A stretch of DNA of 64,000 nt from an uncultured Synergistaceae bacterium (GCA_964521575.1 CAZFSR010000006.1:74895-138894); one strand, 5' to 3'. Counted from the stretch's first letter, positions 28,719-37,637 are shown. Notes: generated by a model not told the origin, from the letters alone. Made by a program: numbers and translations.

Positions 28719-29278
28719 AGGAAACCACGCTTGCGTCCATGATGAAGGAAACCGGCGCCTTGCTTGAAGGCCACTTCAAGCTCACCTCCGGCTTGCACAG
28801 CAGCCACTACATGCAATGCGCCCTTTTGCTGAGCGTGCCCAGATATGCCGCATTCGCAGGACGAGAACTGGCAAAATCGCTTGCCCCGCTCGAGCCCCAG
28901 GCCGTTTTTGCCCCTGCACTTGGGGGAGTGATCATCGGGCATGAAGTGGCGAGGCATCTCGACTTGCCTTTCTTTTTCGCAGAAAGGGAAAACGGCCTGA
29001 TGAAATTGCGAAGATTCCCCAACCCGGGGCCCGTCCGTTTCGTCGTGATCGAAGATGTCATCACGACGGGCGGCTCGGCCCTGGAAGTCGGCAACCTCAT
29101 CCGCGCAACCGGTGCGGACTGGGTCGGCACCGGCTGCATCGTTGACAGGAGTTCCGGCAAGGCACAATTCCCACACCCGCTGCACTCCCTCTGGCAAGCT
29201 TCCTTTCCGACCTTTACGGAAGGCGAGTGCCCGCTTTGCAGGGAGGGCATACCGATTGAAAAACCGGGGAGCCGCTAG
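28703..29278 (+). CDS. pyrE: Orotate phosphoribosyltransferase
   Basis: GHFKLTSGLHS; PRPP motif VVIEDVITTGGSALE. TTG 28703 follows GGAGGGG. The ORF-track start 28547 was rejected. Confidence 0.9.
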   Translation: MQEELKETTLASMMKETGALLEGHFKLTSGLHSSHYMQCALLLSVPRYAAFAGRELAKSLAPLEPQAVFAPALGGVIIGHEVARHLDLPFFFAERENGLMKLRRFPNPGPVRFVVIEDVITTGGSALEVGNLIRATGADWVGTGCIVDRSSGKAQFPHPLHSLWQASFPTFTEGECPLCREGIPIEKPGSR

Positions 29279-30077
29279 GGCTCTTTTCGCGCTGGCTTGG
29301 ATCCTCTTTTTCTGCGGGACAGCCCGCGCGGCAATCGATGTCGCGGTCACTTCACCGTGGCTTTCGTTGATGACTCGTTTTATTGGCGGGATACAGGTCC
29401 GCGTTCATCCTTTGTCGGGGTGGAACCAGAATGGCAGCATTGTCCGGTTCTCGAATCCCTCGCGCCAATTTCCCGCCATTGCCCTTGATGAAGCCGAAGC
29501 TCGGGCATACGGAATCCGTGGCCGAACACTGAAAGTCCTCTTTGACTCCGTTCCGGGAGGGACGCCGATTAAGGCCTCCGCGTTCTGGGATCCCTCCTCT
29601 CTTGCTTTCATCGGCCAGCGGCTTCTGGGAGCCCTTTCCGCCATCGACCCGAAAAATTACGCCTATTACCAAAGGAGGCTAGCGGAGTTCCAGTCACGCA
29701 CGGATACGACAGTCGGCGTTGGCAGAAAACTGCTACACGGCATCGTCATCCTCGACTTGACGGGAGCATCCGGCAAGTGGATACGAGCCGCAGCGGAATC
29801 TCCGGTTCGGCCTCCCGACCGTGTGCTGGAGCTCTGGAAAGAGGGGAAATCACTCGAAACCCTGGCAATCGCCATACAGGAAGCTTCTTCGAAAGGCTGG
29901 GTGATCGTCGTCGATCCCTGGACCCCCGCAAAAGTCATCGAGAAGGCGAAAGGAAGTCCTCGCCTAGCTTCGATCCCGACACCCGTCCTGGAGAAGGAGA
30001 TGTTGACCATTCTGCATGATCTCTATCTTGCGATCTGGAACGCTTCCGGGAAGCGGGTCAGTCCTCCGAAGCCCTGA
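29256..30077 (+). CDS. Secreted TroA/ZnuA-like (cluster A-I) substrate-binding-protein homolog. It appears to lack the metal ligands and has no ABC partners nearby.
   Basis: Signal peptide KNRGAARALFALAWILFFCGTARA|A. VAVTSPWLSLMTRFIGG and FWDPSSLAFIGQRLLGALSAIDPKNYAYYQRRLAEF resemble ZnuA-family blocks. TTG 29256 lies 8 nt after GGGAGGG. Confidence 0.5.
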   Translation: MKNRGAARALFALAWILFFCGTARAAIDVAVTSPWLSLMTRFIGGIQVRVHPLSGWNQNGSIVRFSNPSRQFPAIALDEAEARAYGIRGRTLKVLFDSVPGGTPIKASAFWDPSSLAFIGQRLLGALSAIDPKNYAYYQRRLAEFQSRTDTTVGVGRKLLHGIVILDLTGASGKWIRAAAESPVRPPDRVLELWKEGKSLETLAIAIQEASSKGWVIVVDPWTPAKVIEKAKGSPRLASIPTPVLEKEMLTILHDLYLAIWNASGKRVSPPKP

Positions 30078-31065
30078 CATGGAGAACGTCAGCTGCCGTG
30101 TAGACCCGTAAGCTACCCCTGACGTTCACTTCCAGCGCGCCGTCAAGGGTGACGTTTTCAGCAATGCCGTAATCGGTACCCGCATCCGTAAGAACCCGTA
30201 CTTCCTTACCGATGGTGCTGCATCGATTCCTGTAAAGGGTCACCAGCTGCTGGACGCCTTTCGGGCCTTCTTCCAGCAATCGGAGCTGTTCCGAGAAAAC
30301 CCGGAGAACCTCCGCAAGAATTTCGCCCCGATCCGACTCGGTCCCTCTTAAAATCTTGATGGATGACGGGTTGTCGATCCCGGCGGAAAGGAGGTCGCTT
30401 TCGTCCATGTTAACGTTCAGGCCGATTCCCGTAATCGCGTAGTGAACACGGTCCGTTTCGCTTGCCGTTTCACTCAGGATGCCGCAAAGCTTCTTGCCCT
30501 TCCACAGGAGATCGTTCGGCCATTTCAAGGAACATCGAACGCGGAACATCCGCTCAAGCGTCATTTGGACGGCAAGCCCGGCAGCGAGGTTGACCAGCTG
30601 GATCTTCATCGGCGGAATCCGCGGCCTTAGCAGAACGGAAGCGTAGATGTTTCCGCCGGTGGGCGATAACCAACTTCTACCCATGCGTCCCCTTCCCGTT
30701 CTTTGCTCTTCCGCGATAACGACCAACCCTCCGCTTGCGCCTTGCCTTGCTGCTTCCTTCGCGATTTCCTGGGTCGACTCCACGCTTTCGAAGAACAGGA
30801 TAGGGTGCCCTAGCGGACAACCTTCAAGCTGATGTTCGATCCATGACGGGCTAAGATCGTAGGTTGGAGGGCTGACGAACCGATAACCGCGGTTAGGGAC
30901 CGACTCGATCCCGATCGTCTCCGCACGGAGGCTTTCTATCCCTTTCCAAATCGCTTGTCGGCTGATATTCAGGTTTTCGACCAGTTCTCCGCTTGAGACC
31001 ATCTCCGCCGGCATCGAAACAAGCCGCTTCAGGATGGCCAGCTTGGTCGCCGTTGTCTTCTGCAC
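30058..31065 (-). CDS. birA: Bifunctional biotin-[acetyl-CoA-carboxylase] ligase / biotin operon repressor BirA
   Basis: N-terminal wHTH (SGELVENLNISRQAIWKGIESLR); GRGRMGRSW biotin-binding loop; KWPNDLLWKGKKLCGIL. Confidence 0.92.
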   Translation of the reverse strand: MQKTTATKLAILKRLVSMPAEMVSSGELVENLNISRQAIWKGIESLRAETIGIESVPNRGYRFVSPPTYDLSPSWIEHQLEGCPLGHPILFFESVESTQEIAKEAARQGASGGLVVIAEEQRTGRGRMGRSWLSPTGGNIYASVLLRPRIPPMKIQLVNLAAGLAVQMTLERMFRVRCSLKWPNDLLWKGKKLCGILSETASETDRVHYAITGIGLNVNMDESDLLSAGIDNPSSIKILRGTESDRGEILAEVLRVFSEQLRLLEEGPKGVQQLVTLYRNRCSTIGKEVRVLTDAGTDYGIAENVTLDGALEVNVRGSLRVYTAADVLHVRASED

Positions 31066-31162
31066 AGAATCAACCCCTCTTCGGTCTGCGGTAACACGAT
31101 GTTATAATCTTTTTCAATACGCGACAATCACCGAATCCAGGCTTTTCTTGGAGGCAAGGGAC

Positions 31163-32279
31163 ATGGCATTTTTACCGATCCGTACCGTTATGGAGGAACT
31201 GAACTCGCTTGCACGCGAGTTTCAGGACAGTCTTTGACCCTGCAACCCTGGAGCAACGTTCAAAAGAGTTGACGCAGCAGACCCTCGTTACGGATTTCTG
31301 GTCAAGGCCCAACTCTCAGGAAATCCTGCGCGAACTTTCCCAGATTAATTCAAGGCTTGATCTTTGGAACAGGATGCGATCCGAGCTCGAAGAACTTGAA
31401 ACGCTTGCCGAAATCCTCGCGGAAAGCGAGGATCCCGAACTTCTGTCCGAATTTTACGCAAGGGCGGGAGTCCTGAAAAAATCGATCAAGAACGACCAGA
31501 TCATCCTCCTCATGGGCGAAGAATACGATGACTCTAACGCCATCCTTTCTATTCATCCGGGGGCAGGTGGCCTTGATTCACAGGACTGGGCAGAGATGAT
31601 TTTCAGGGTTTACCTTCGATGGGCAGAAGCCCACGGCATGGAAACCCGCATCTTCGACCTCCTGCAGGACGATGAAGCCGGCATCAAGAGCGTAACTTTC
31701 ATGATCAAGGGCCCCTATGCCTACGGCTTCCTATCGGGTGAGCAAGGGGTTCATCGTTTGGTCAGGATCTCTCCTTTCGATGCGGCAAAAAGGCGCCACA
31801 CCAGTTTTGCTTCGGTTGAAGTGGCGCCTGAACTTCCGGAGAGCGTCGAAATTGAGATCCGTTCCGAGGACCTCGAGCTTCAAACCTGCAGGGCAAGCGG
31901 GGCTGGCGGGCAATATGTGAATATGACGGATTCAGCGGTTCGCATCAAGCACCTGCCCACAGGGATCGTCGTGGGTTGCCAGACCGAGCGCTCCCAGCAC
32001 ATGAACCGGCAGGTTGCGATGCAAGTCCTGCGGGCTCGCCTGTTTGAAAGGGTTCTGAAGGAGCGCCAGGAACAACTGGATGCCCTGAAAGGCGAGAAGA
32101 AGGAAATTGGCTGGGGTAGCCAGATCAGGTCCTATGTCTTGCACCCTTATACCCTTGTGAAAGATCACCGTACGGGCTGTGAAACGGGAAACGTCCAAGC
32201 CGTGCTCAATGGAGAAATCGACGAGTTCCTCATGGCGACGCTCAATCAACGGCGAACCGGCAAAACCAGCCTTTCCTGA
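31163..32279 (+). CDS. prfB: Peptide chain release factor 2, needing a programmed +1 frameshift (join 31163..31234, 31236..32279)
   Basis: ORF0 MAFLPIRTVMEELNSLAREFQDSL ends at CTT TGA C (31232-31238). The +1 frame continues DPATLEQRSKEL... and carries the RF2-specific SPF (RISPFDA) and GGQ (SGAGGQYVN). There is a GGAGG RBS 8 nt before ATG 31163. Confidence 0.93.
31232..31238 (+). promoter_or_regulatory. prfB autoregulatory +1 frameshift site
   Basis: Canonical CUU UGA C heptamer. Confidence 0.9.
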
Positions 32280-32299
32280 CCGGAAGGAGACGATGTGAA

Positions 32300-34108
32300 A
32301 TGCTCCTCCGTTTTCTGAAAGCACATTTCCTGGCTTTAACCCTCGTTTTTGCTTTCCCCTTTTTCGCCGAAGCCGTTGCCTTCATCCCTGAAACTCCGAT
32401 GATGAAGATCGGCGAAGTCCGACCCGGCATGCGCGGCGAAGCGCATACGGTCGTAAAGGGCCAGGCGGTGGTGACGTTTCCGGTCACGGTGGTGAGTGTG
32501 CTTCCAAGAAAAGGAATTCCGAAACACCTGATTCTCATACGAGCTGAAGGACCCATCATCGAAAAAACCGGTGGAATCGCGGCAGGGATGAGCGGAAGTC
32601 CCGTCTTCATCAACGGGAAAATAGTGGGGGCCATCGGCTACGGCTGGAATTTCAGTGACCACCGGCTCGGCCTCGTCACTCCGCTGGAAGACATGATCGC
32701 TGTTTTTGACTGGAAGGATGTCAAGCCGGCCTTCTACAAGCCGCCCCTTCCCGAGCCTTCGACCGTTTCTCCCGACGTTTCTTCTTCGGATATCTCTTCC
32801 GGTGACATCCCTTCAGCGGATGCTGAGCCACTGGTTACGCTCTTTGCGGACGGCATGAGCCAGCGCGCCATTGCGGGGCTTTCCTCGGCCTTCAACGGGA
32901 AAATCCTTGCGATGGGAAGCGGAATGGCGGAGAATCTTCCGCCCGTGGAAACGGTCCGCAAAATGAATCCCGGAGAAGCCGTCGGCGTGATGCTGGCGTG
33001 GGGGGATGTCAGCCTTGGAGCGACGGGGACGCTTACGGCGGTCTCTAAGGATGGCCGATTCCTTGCTTTTGCCCATCCGTTCATCAACAATGGAGCCGTC
33101 GCCTATCCCTTGACGCGCGCCTGGGTCCATGATGTGGTTCCGAGCATCGAGTCTCCTTTCAAGCTCGGGACACCAATGAGCATCATTGGAACGGTCACTC
33201 AGGACAGACCCCAGGCAATAGGCGGGAAACTCAATGTCTATCCTCCTTCTTTCGATTTCACCGTCAATCTTGACGATGTCGACAACAAGAAGAAGATTCG
33301 AAAGCGTTTCCATGTCGCCGCGGCCCCGTTCCTCTTATCCAAGCTGGCACCGGATGCCCTGACCGGTCTTTTGGACGATCTCTGGGGGCAGGTAGGGGCC
33401 GGAACCGCCAGGCTCAACCTGTCCGTCTCCGGGCCCAACCTGGCGGGAGGGTGGAACAGAAATAACCTTTTCTTCTCTGAAAAGGACCTGACGAAGGAAA
33501 CATTGAAGGAATTCAAGGAATTGGTCGAGGTCATCGCCCTGAATCCCTTTACGGAAATTGCGCCACTCGGATTCCAGTTGGATCTCGAAATGACCTCGAA
33601 TCCCAGGATCCTCCTGATTGAAGACGTGAAAGTTGACAAACGCAAGCTGAAACCTGGCGAGAAATTGAAGGTCGAGGTCCGGCTGCGCCCGTATAGGAAG
33701 GAACCGTTTGTCCGGAGTTTCGAATTGACGGTTCCGAAGGAGTCTTCCGGAAAAAGCACGGTTGTGGTCAGGGGAGGAGGCATAGAAGAGCCCGGTCAGG
33801 ATTCCATCACCGAGGGAAAAACGACCATTAGGGACCTTCCCACTCTCTTGAAAGAGCTTTCGGTAAGGGAAACCAACAACCAGGTGGTTGTCGAGATCCT
33901 ATCTCAACGAGGCCCGAAATTTCCGTCTAAAAAAGCTTCCCTAGGGCAAGAAGAAATGGATGCTCCGGAGGACGAACCGGAACTCTTGAGTGCCGTTACC
34001 GAGAAGAAACTCAAAGAGGGCTCCATGAGAGTCTTCAATACGAATTATTTCGTGGACGGGCTGCAGCGAAGGGATATTTCCGTGACGCCAATCGCTGGGG
34101 AGGAATAG
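32300..34108 (+). CDS. Secreted peptidase S55 (SpoIVB-like) family protein, 602 aa
   Basis: Signal peptide MLLRFLKAHFLALTLVFAFPFFAEA. GGIAAGMSGSPVFINGKIVGAIGYGW matches the SpoIVB Ser motif. A later block GDVSLGATGTLTAVSKDGRFLAFAHPF matches the SpoIVB His motif. Confidence 0.7.
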   Translation: MLLRFLKAHFLALTLVFAFPFFAEAVAFIPETPMMKIGEVRPGMRGEAHTVVKGQAVVTFPVTVVSVLPRKGIPKHLILIRAEGPIIEKTGGIAAGMSGSPVFINGKIVGAIGYGWNFSDHRLGLVTPLEDMIAVFDWKDVKPAFYKPPLPEPSTVSPDVSSSDISSGDIPSADAEPLVTLFADGMSQRAIAGLSSAFNGKILAMGSGMAENLPPVETVRKMNPGEAVGVMLAWGDVSLGATGTLTAVSKDGRFLAFAHPFINNGAVAYPLTRAWVHDVVPSIESPFKLGTPMSIIGTVTQDRPQAIGGKLNVYPPSFDFTVNLDDVDNKKKIRKRFHVAAAPFLLSKLAPDALTGLLDDLWGQVGAGTARLNLSVSGPNLAGGWNRNNLFFSEKDLTKETLKEFKELVEVIALNPFTEIAPLGFQLDLEMTSNPRILLIEDVKVDKRKLKPGEKLKVEVRLRPYRKEPFVRSFELTVPKESSGKSTVVVRGGGIEEPGQDSITEGKTTIRDLPTLLKELSVRETNNQVVVEILSQRGPKFPSKKASLGQEEMDAPEDEPELLSAVTEKKLKEGSMRVFNTNYFVDGLQRRDISVTPIAGEE

Positions 34109-34115
34109 ACCCCTT

Positions 34116-34892
34116 ATGGAAGCGGTCCGGTGGGTCGGGAGGATAGCGATACAATTCCTCGAATCGCTCGGTTTTTTTGCCCTCTTTCTTTTTAAATCCG
34201 TCCGCGGGATATTTCGCGGCACGTGGAGCCGAGTGGATTTTTCGAAACAACTGGAACGTGTCGGTGTCAGCTCCATACTCGTCGTCTCCATCACGAGCGC
34301 TTTCACCGGCATGGTCATGGCTGTCCAGACCATCGACCAATTTGTTCGTTTTGGCGCAACGAACTATATCGGGGGTGTGATCGGCCTCAGCATGGTCAGG
34401 GAAATGTCTCCCGTGCTGACGGGGTTGGTCGTTACTGGTCGTGTCGGCGCGGCAATGGCTGCCGAAATCAGTTCGATGAGAATCACCGAGCAGTTGGATG
34501 CTCTCCGGGCCTTCGGGTTGGATGACGTAGCCTTTGTGGGTTCTCCGCGCCTTTTCGCCAGCTTGGTCATGTTGCCGATTTTAACGATTTATTCCTTCGT
34601 TATCGGAATCGGAGGGGGTTATCTTTTCGTTGTCACGCGGGGCATACACGGTTCGGTTTTCCTGAAGTCCCTTGAAGCCCTTCTCGAACCGTACGATATT
34701 TTCGGGGGTCTCTTGAAAGCTGCCGTATTCGGCGTCATCATTTCCACAACTGCATGCGCGGAGGGTTTCAGGGCCGCTAACGGCGCAATCGGAGTAGGGG
34801 AGGCTACCACAAAGGCAGTCGTGTGGAGCAACATGCTGATTTTGACCTTCAACTACATCCTCTCGACGATGCTTTTCGGAGGCATTCGATGA
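34116..34892 (+). CDS. mlaE: MlaE-family ABC transporter permease
   Basis: 258 aa, multi-TM; MVREMSPVLTGLVVTGRVGAAMAAEISSMRITEQLDALR is the MlaE/YrbE signature. Confidence 0.9.
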   Translation: MEAVRWVGRIAIQFLESLGFFALFLFKSVRGIFRGTWSRVDFSKQLERVGVSSILVVSITSAFTGMVMAVQTIDQFVRFGATNYIGGVIGLSMVREMSPVLTGLVVTGRVGAAMAAEISSMRITEQLDALRAFGLDDVAFVGSPRLFASLVMLPILTIYSFVIGIGGGYLFVVTRGIHGSVFLKSLEALLEPYDIFGGLLKAAVFGVIISTTACAEGFRAANGAIGVGEATTKAVVWSNMLILTFNYILSTMLFGGIR

Positions 34893-35662
34893 ACCGGAGG
34901 GTGCTCGAGGCAGAATCCATCGAAAAGACTTTCGGGAACAATGTCGTTCTGCGCGGAATCAACCTTGCCCTTTCGACCGGGGAAATCCTTTCCCTCATGG
35001 GACCTTCGGGCTGCGGAAAAACAACCGTGCTCCGGATGGTCGTCGGGTTGATCTCTCCCGATAAGGGAAAAATCACCCTGTTCGGCAAGGATCTCGCAAC
35101 TTCGGAAGAAGACGATTCGATCGTCGAGCTTAAGAAACGGATCGGAATTGTATTCCAGGGCGGAGCTCTTTTCGATTCCCTTGACGTTGGCGAGAACGTC
35201 GCCTTCCCTCTCCGGTATTGCCTCGGCCTTTCCGATGAAGACCAGATTCACGCCAGAGTGGCTGCGGTATTGGAACGGGTCGAGTTGCCCGGAACCGAAT
35301 CCGTGATGCCGGCAGAACTTTCCGGGGGAATGAAGAAACGGATCGCCATCGCTAGAGCCCTTGTCCACGAACCGGAAATCCTCCTTCTGGACGAGCCGAC
35401 AACCGGGCTTGATCCGCAAACCGCCCGTCACATCGACCGACTGGTAGCGGAGATTGGAAGGCGACTGGATATCGGTATTCTTGCGGTGACTCACGACCTT
35501 GTCACAGCAGTCGGAATTTCCGATACTATCCTGCTGATGGACCAGGGAAGAATTACCTGGAAAGGAACGCCTGACGAGTGGAAAAAATCGGGAGACGAGA
35601 ACGTCAAGCGGTTCGCTGACGGGTTGAGACCCGTAAGGGAAGGAAGGACGGTGTGCCCATGA
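34889..35662 (+). CDS. mlaF: MlaF-family ABC transporter ATP-binding protein
   Basis: Walker A GPSGCGKTT, signature LSGGMKKR, Walker B LLLDEPT; ATGA overlap with mlaE. Confidence 0.9.
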   Translation: MNRRVLEAESIEKTFGNNVVLRGINLALSTGEILSLMGPSGCGKTTVLRMVVGLISPDKGKITLFGKDLATSEEDDSIVELKKRIGIVFQGGALFDSLDVGENVAFPLRYCLGLSDEDQIHARVAAVLERVELPGTESVMPAELSGGMKKRIAIARALVHEPEILLLDEPTTGLDPQTARHIDRLVAEIGRRLDIGILAVTHDLVTAVGISDTILLMDQGRITWKGTPDEWKKSGDENVKRFADGLRPVREGRTVCP

Positions 35663-37011
35663 ACCGGGAATTCAAGGTCGGTCTTGCCGTTTTCCTGGCC
35701 CTCATCGCACTGGGGGGGATCGTCTTCATAACGGGTGGGGCCCTGTTCCGGCACGGGGGGAACGTATTCGAGATCCTCTTTCCCGACGCGATGGGGTTGG
35801 AAACCGGCGCTCCTGCCTACGTCTCGGGACTTGAGTCGGGGGCGGTGCGGTCCCTTAAACTTGCCCCGGAAGGAGTCATTGTCACTGTGGTTCTAGACCC
35901 GACTGTCAAGATACCTAAAGACAGCCGTATTTTGATCGGAACAGGCGGACTCCTTGGGAAACCGCTACTCCGAATCGAGCGCGGGACGAGCAAGACCTAC
36001 GTCGCACCGGGCGAGCGCCTCTATGGGGAGATTCCACCCGATTTCGATACCTTGCTTGAGGAATTGAGGGACAACATTAAAGTCCTGGGGGCGACATTCG
36101 GGCACTTCAACGATCTTTTCGGCGATCCGGAAAGGAAGGAAAGACTCCGAAAGGCACTCGACAATCTACCGGGACTCATTGATGACGGTCGTAACGCAAT
36201 GCGCCGGGTCGGTGATGCCGGAACTGAGATTAGGGAACTTGCCCGTCTCGGCCGCATACAGGTCAAATCCCTTTCCGAAAGCCTATCCGCCCTTACTCGG
36301 GACCTGGATCGCGTCGTCCTCGCAAACGAATCCGACATTCGAAAGTCCATCGCTTCGCTTTCCTCTTTGCTGGAACGGGTCGACAAGACTTTCGCCCAGT
36401 TTGACGAAGATGGACTTGCCGGGAATGATCTCCGGGCGGCGGTCAAGAATCTTTCGAACGCTGCAAAGGGAATCGAGAAGCTTTCGGCGGCCATGAGCGA
36501 TTTTTCCGGTGCGCCAGAAGCATCAGAAACGATGAAGGGGCTGAAAAAAACACTTAAGAGCGCGGAACGGATCGTTTCTGCGATAGAATCGGTCCAGCCT
36601 TCCATGGAAGTCGCGATCCAGCATCGAACCCCCGGAGGTTCGGAAGAGAACGGCTGGGCGATGGACCTTTCTCTACTGATCGGCAAAGCAGACTCTCCGT
36701 GGGGCCTTCTGCTCGAGGGACACGAACTCGGGAATGGCAGTTCCCCCACGGCCGCAGCAGCCTATCGTACCGCCTGGGGCAGGGTATGGGCCGGGCTTGT
36801 CCGCGGCGATGTCGGCGCAGGAGTCCTTCTGGACCTCAGGGCCACGGAAATACCCCTTTCCTTATCCGCTGAGTGGTGGGATGATCAGGGCGGCAGCTGG
36901 GCAGCCAGGGGGAAATGGCATGTCAGGCCGCACTGGGGTCTCTTTTACGAAAGGATCGAACCGGGCAGGGACTCGCCCGACGACGTGGTGGGGATTTTTT
37001 ATCAGTTTTAA
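35659..37011 (+). CDS. mlaD: MlaD/MCE-domain protein with a long coiled-coil region and a beta-rich C-terminal extension
   Basis: TM helix plus MCE domain (KVGLAVFLALIALGGIVF...VSGLESGAVRSLKL...). 452 aa against about 150-180 for a classical MlaD. The C-terminus ends ...DDVVGIFYQF*. ATGA overlap with mlaF. Confidence 0.8.
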   Translation: MNREFKVGLAVFLALIALGGIVFITGGALFRHGGNVFEILFPDAMGLETGAPAYVSGLESGAVRSLKLAPEGVIVTVVLDPTVKIPKDSRILIGTGGLLGKPLLRIERGTSKTYVAPGERLYGEIPPDFDTLLEELRDNIKVLGATFGHFNDLFGDPERKERLRKALDNLPGLIDDGRNAMRRVGDAGTEIRELARLGRIQVKSLSESLSALTRDLDRVVLANESDIRKSIASLSSLLERVDKTFAQFDEDGLAGNDLRAAVKNLSNAAKGIEKLSAAMSDFSGAPEASETMKGLKKTLKSAERIVSAIESVQPSMEVAIQHRTPGGSEENGWAMDLSLLIGKADSPWGLLLEGHELGNGSSPTAAAAYRTAWGRVWAGLVRGDVGAGVLLDLRATEIPLSLSAEWWDDQGGSWAARGKWHVRPHWGLFYERIEPGRDSPDDVVGIFYQF

Positions 37012-37031
37012 CGGAATGGAAGGCGATCCAA

Positions 37032-37637
37032 TTGTTCATTACCTTTGAAGGAGTCGACGGTTGCGGGAAATCGACGCAGGCAAGGCTCCTGAGCGAGTTT
37101 CTTTCAAGCCGGAATGGCAGCGAAGGCGTGGTTTGGACAAGGGAACCGGGCGGCTGGCCCGGTTCCGCGTGTTTGCGAGATTTACTTCTTTCAGGGGAGC
37201 TTGACCATCCCTGGACGGAGGTGTTTCTCTTCCTTGCGGATCGCTGCGAGCACTCAAAAAGGGTCATCGAGCCGGCTCTTTCGGCGGGAGCCCATGTGCT
37301 GTGCGAGCGTTATGACGATTCGACCCTTGCCTATCAGGTCTGGGGCAGGGGACTTGAACTGGAAAAAGTGGAGCGGGCGATTTCCCTTGGCGGGTACAGG
37401 ACACCCGACAAAACTATCCTGCTTGAAGTGTCATTGGAGACGGCCCTGGCGCGTGCATCAAAAAGATCCAGGCCGGATCGGTACGAAAAAGAAGGGAAGC
37501 CCTTTCTCGAACGCGTCCGCGAAGGGTACCGTTTTCTCCAGTCAAGAAACAGGGACCGTTTTATCGTCATTGACGGCGAACCCGCACCGGACGAGGTTTT
37601 CAGGAAGATCCTGGACACCCTGGAGGAGTATCTTTGA
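37032..37637 (+). CDS. tmk: Thymidylate kinase
   Basis: (M)FITFEGVDGCGKSTQ P-loop N-terminus. TTG 37032 lies 8 nt after GGAAGG. The ORF-track start 36915 lies inside mlaD. Confidence 0.88.
   Translation: MFITFEGVDGCGKSTQARLLSEFLSSRNGSEGVVWTREPGGWPGSACLRDLLLSGELDHPWTEVFLFLADRCEHSKRVIEPALSAGAHVLCERYDDSTLAYQVWGRGLELEKVERAISLGGYRTPDKTILLEVSLETALARASKRSRPDRYEKEGKPFLERVREGYRFLQSRNRDRFIVIDGEPAPDEVFRKILDTLEEYL

Noticed and set aside
31066-31162. A search for a BirA operator (inverted repeat) in the birA/prfB divergent region
   Set aside because: Only a TATAAT-like box (about 31113-31118) was seen, with no convincing palindrome. No biotin biosynthesis or transport genes are adjacent.
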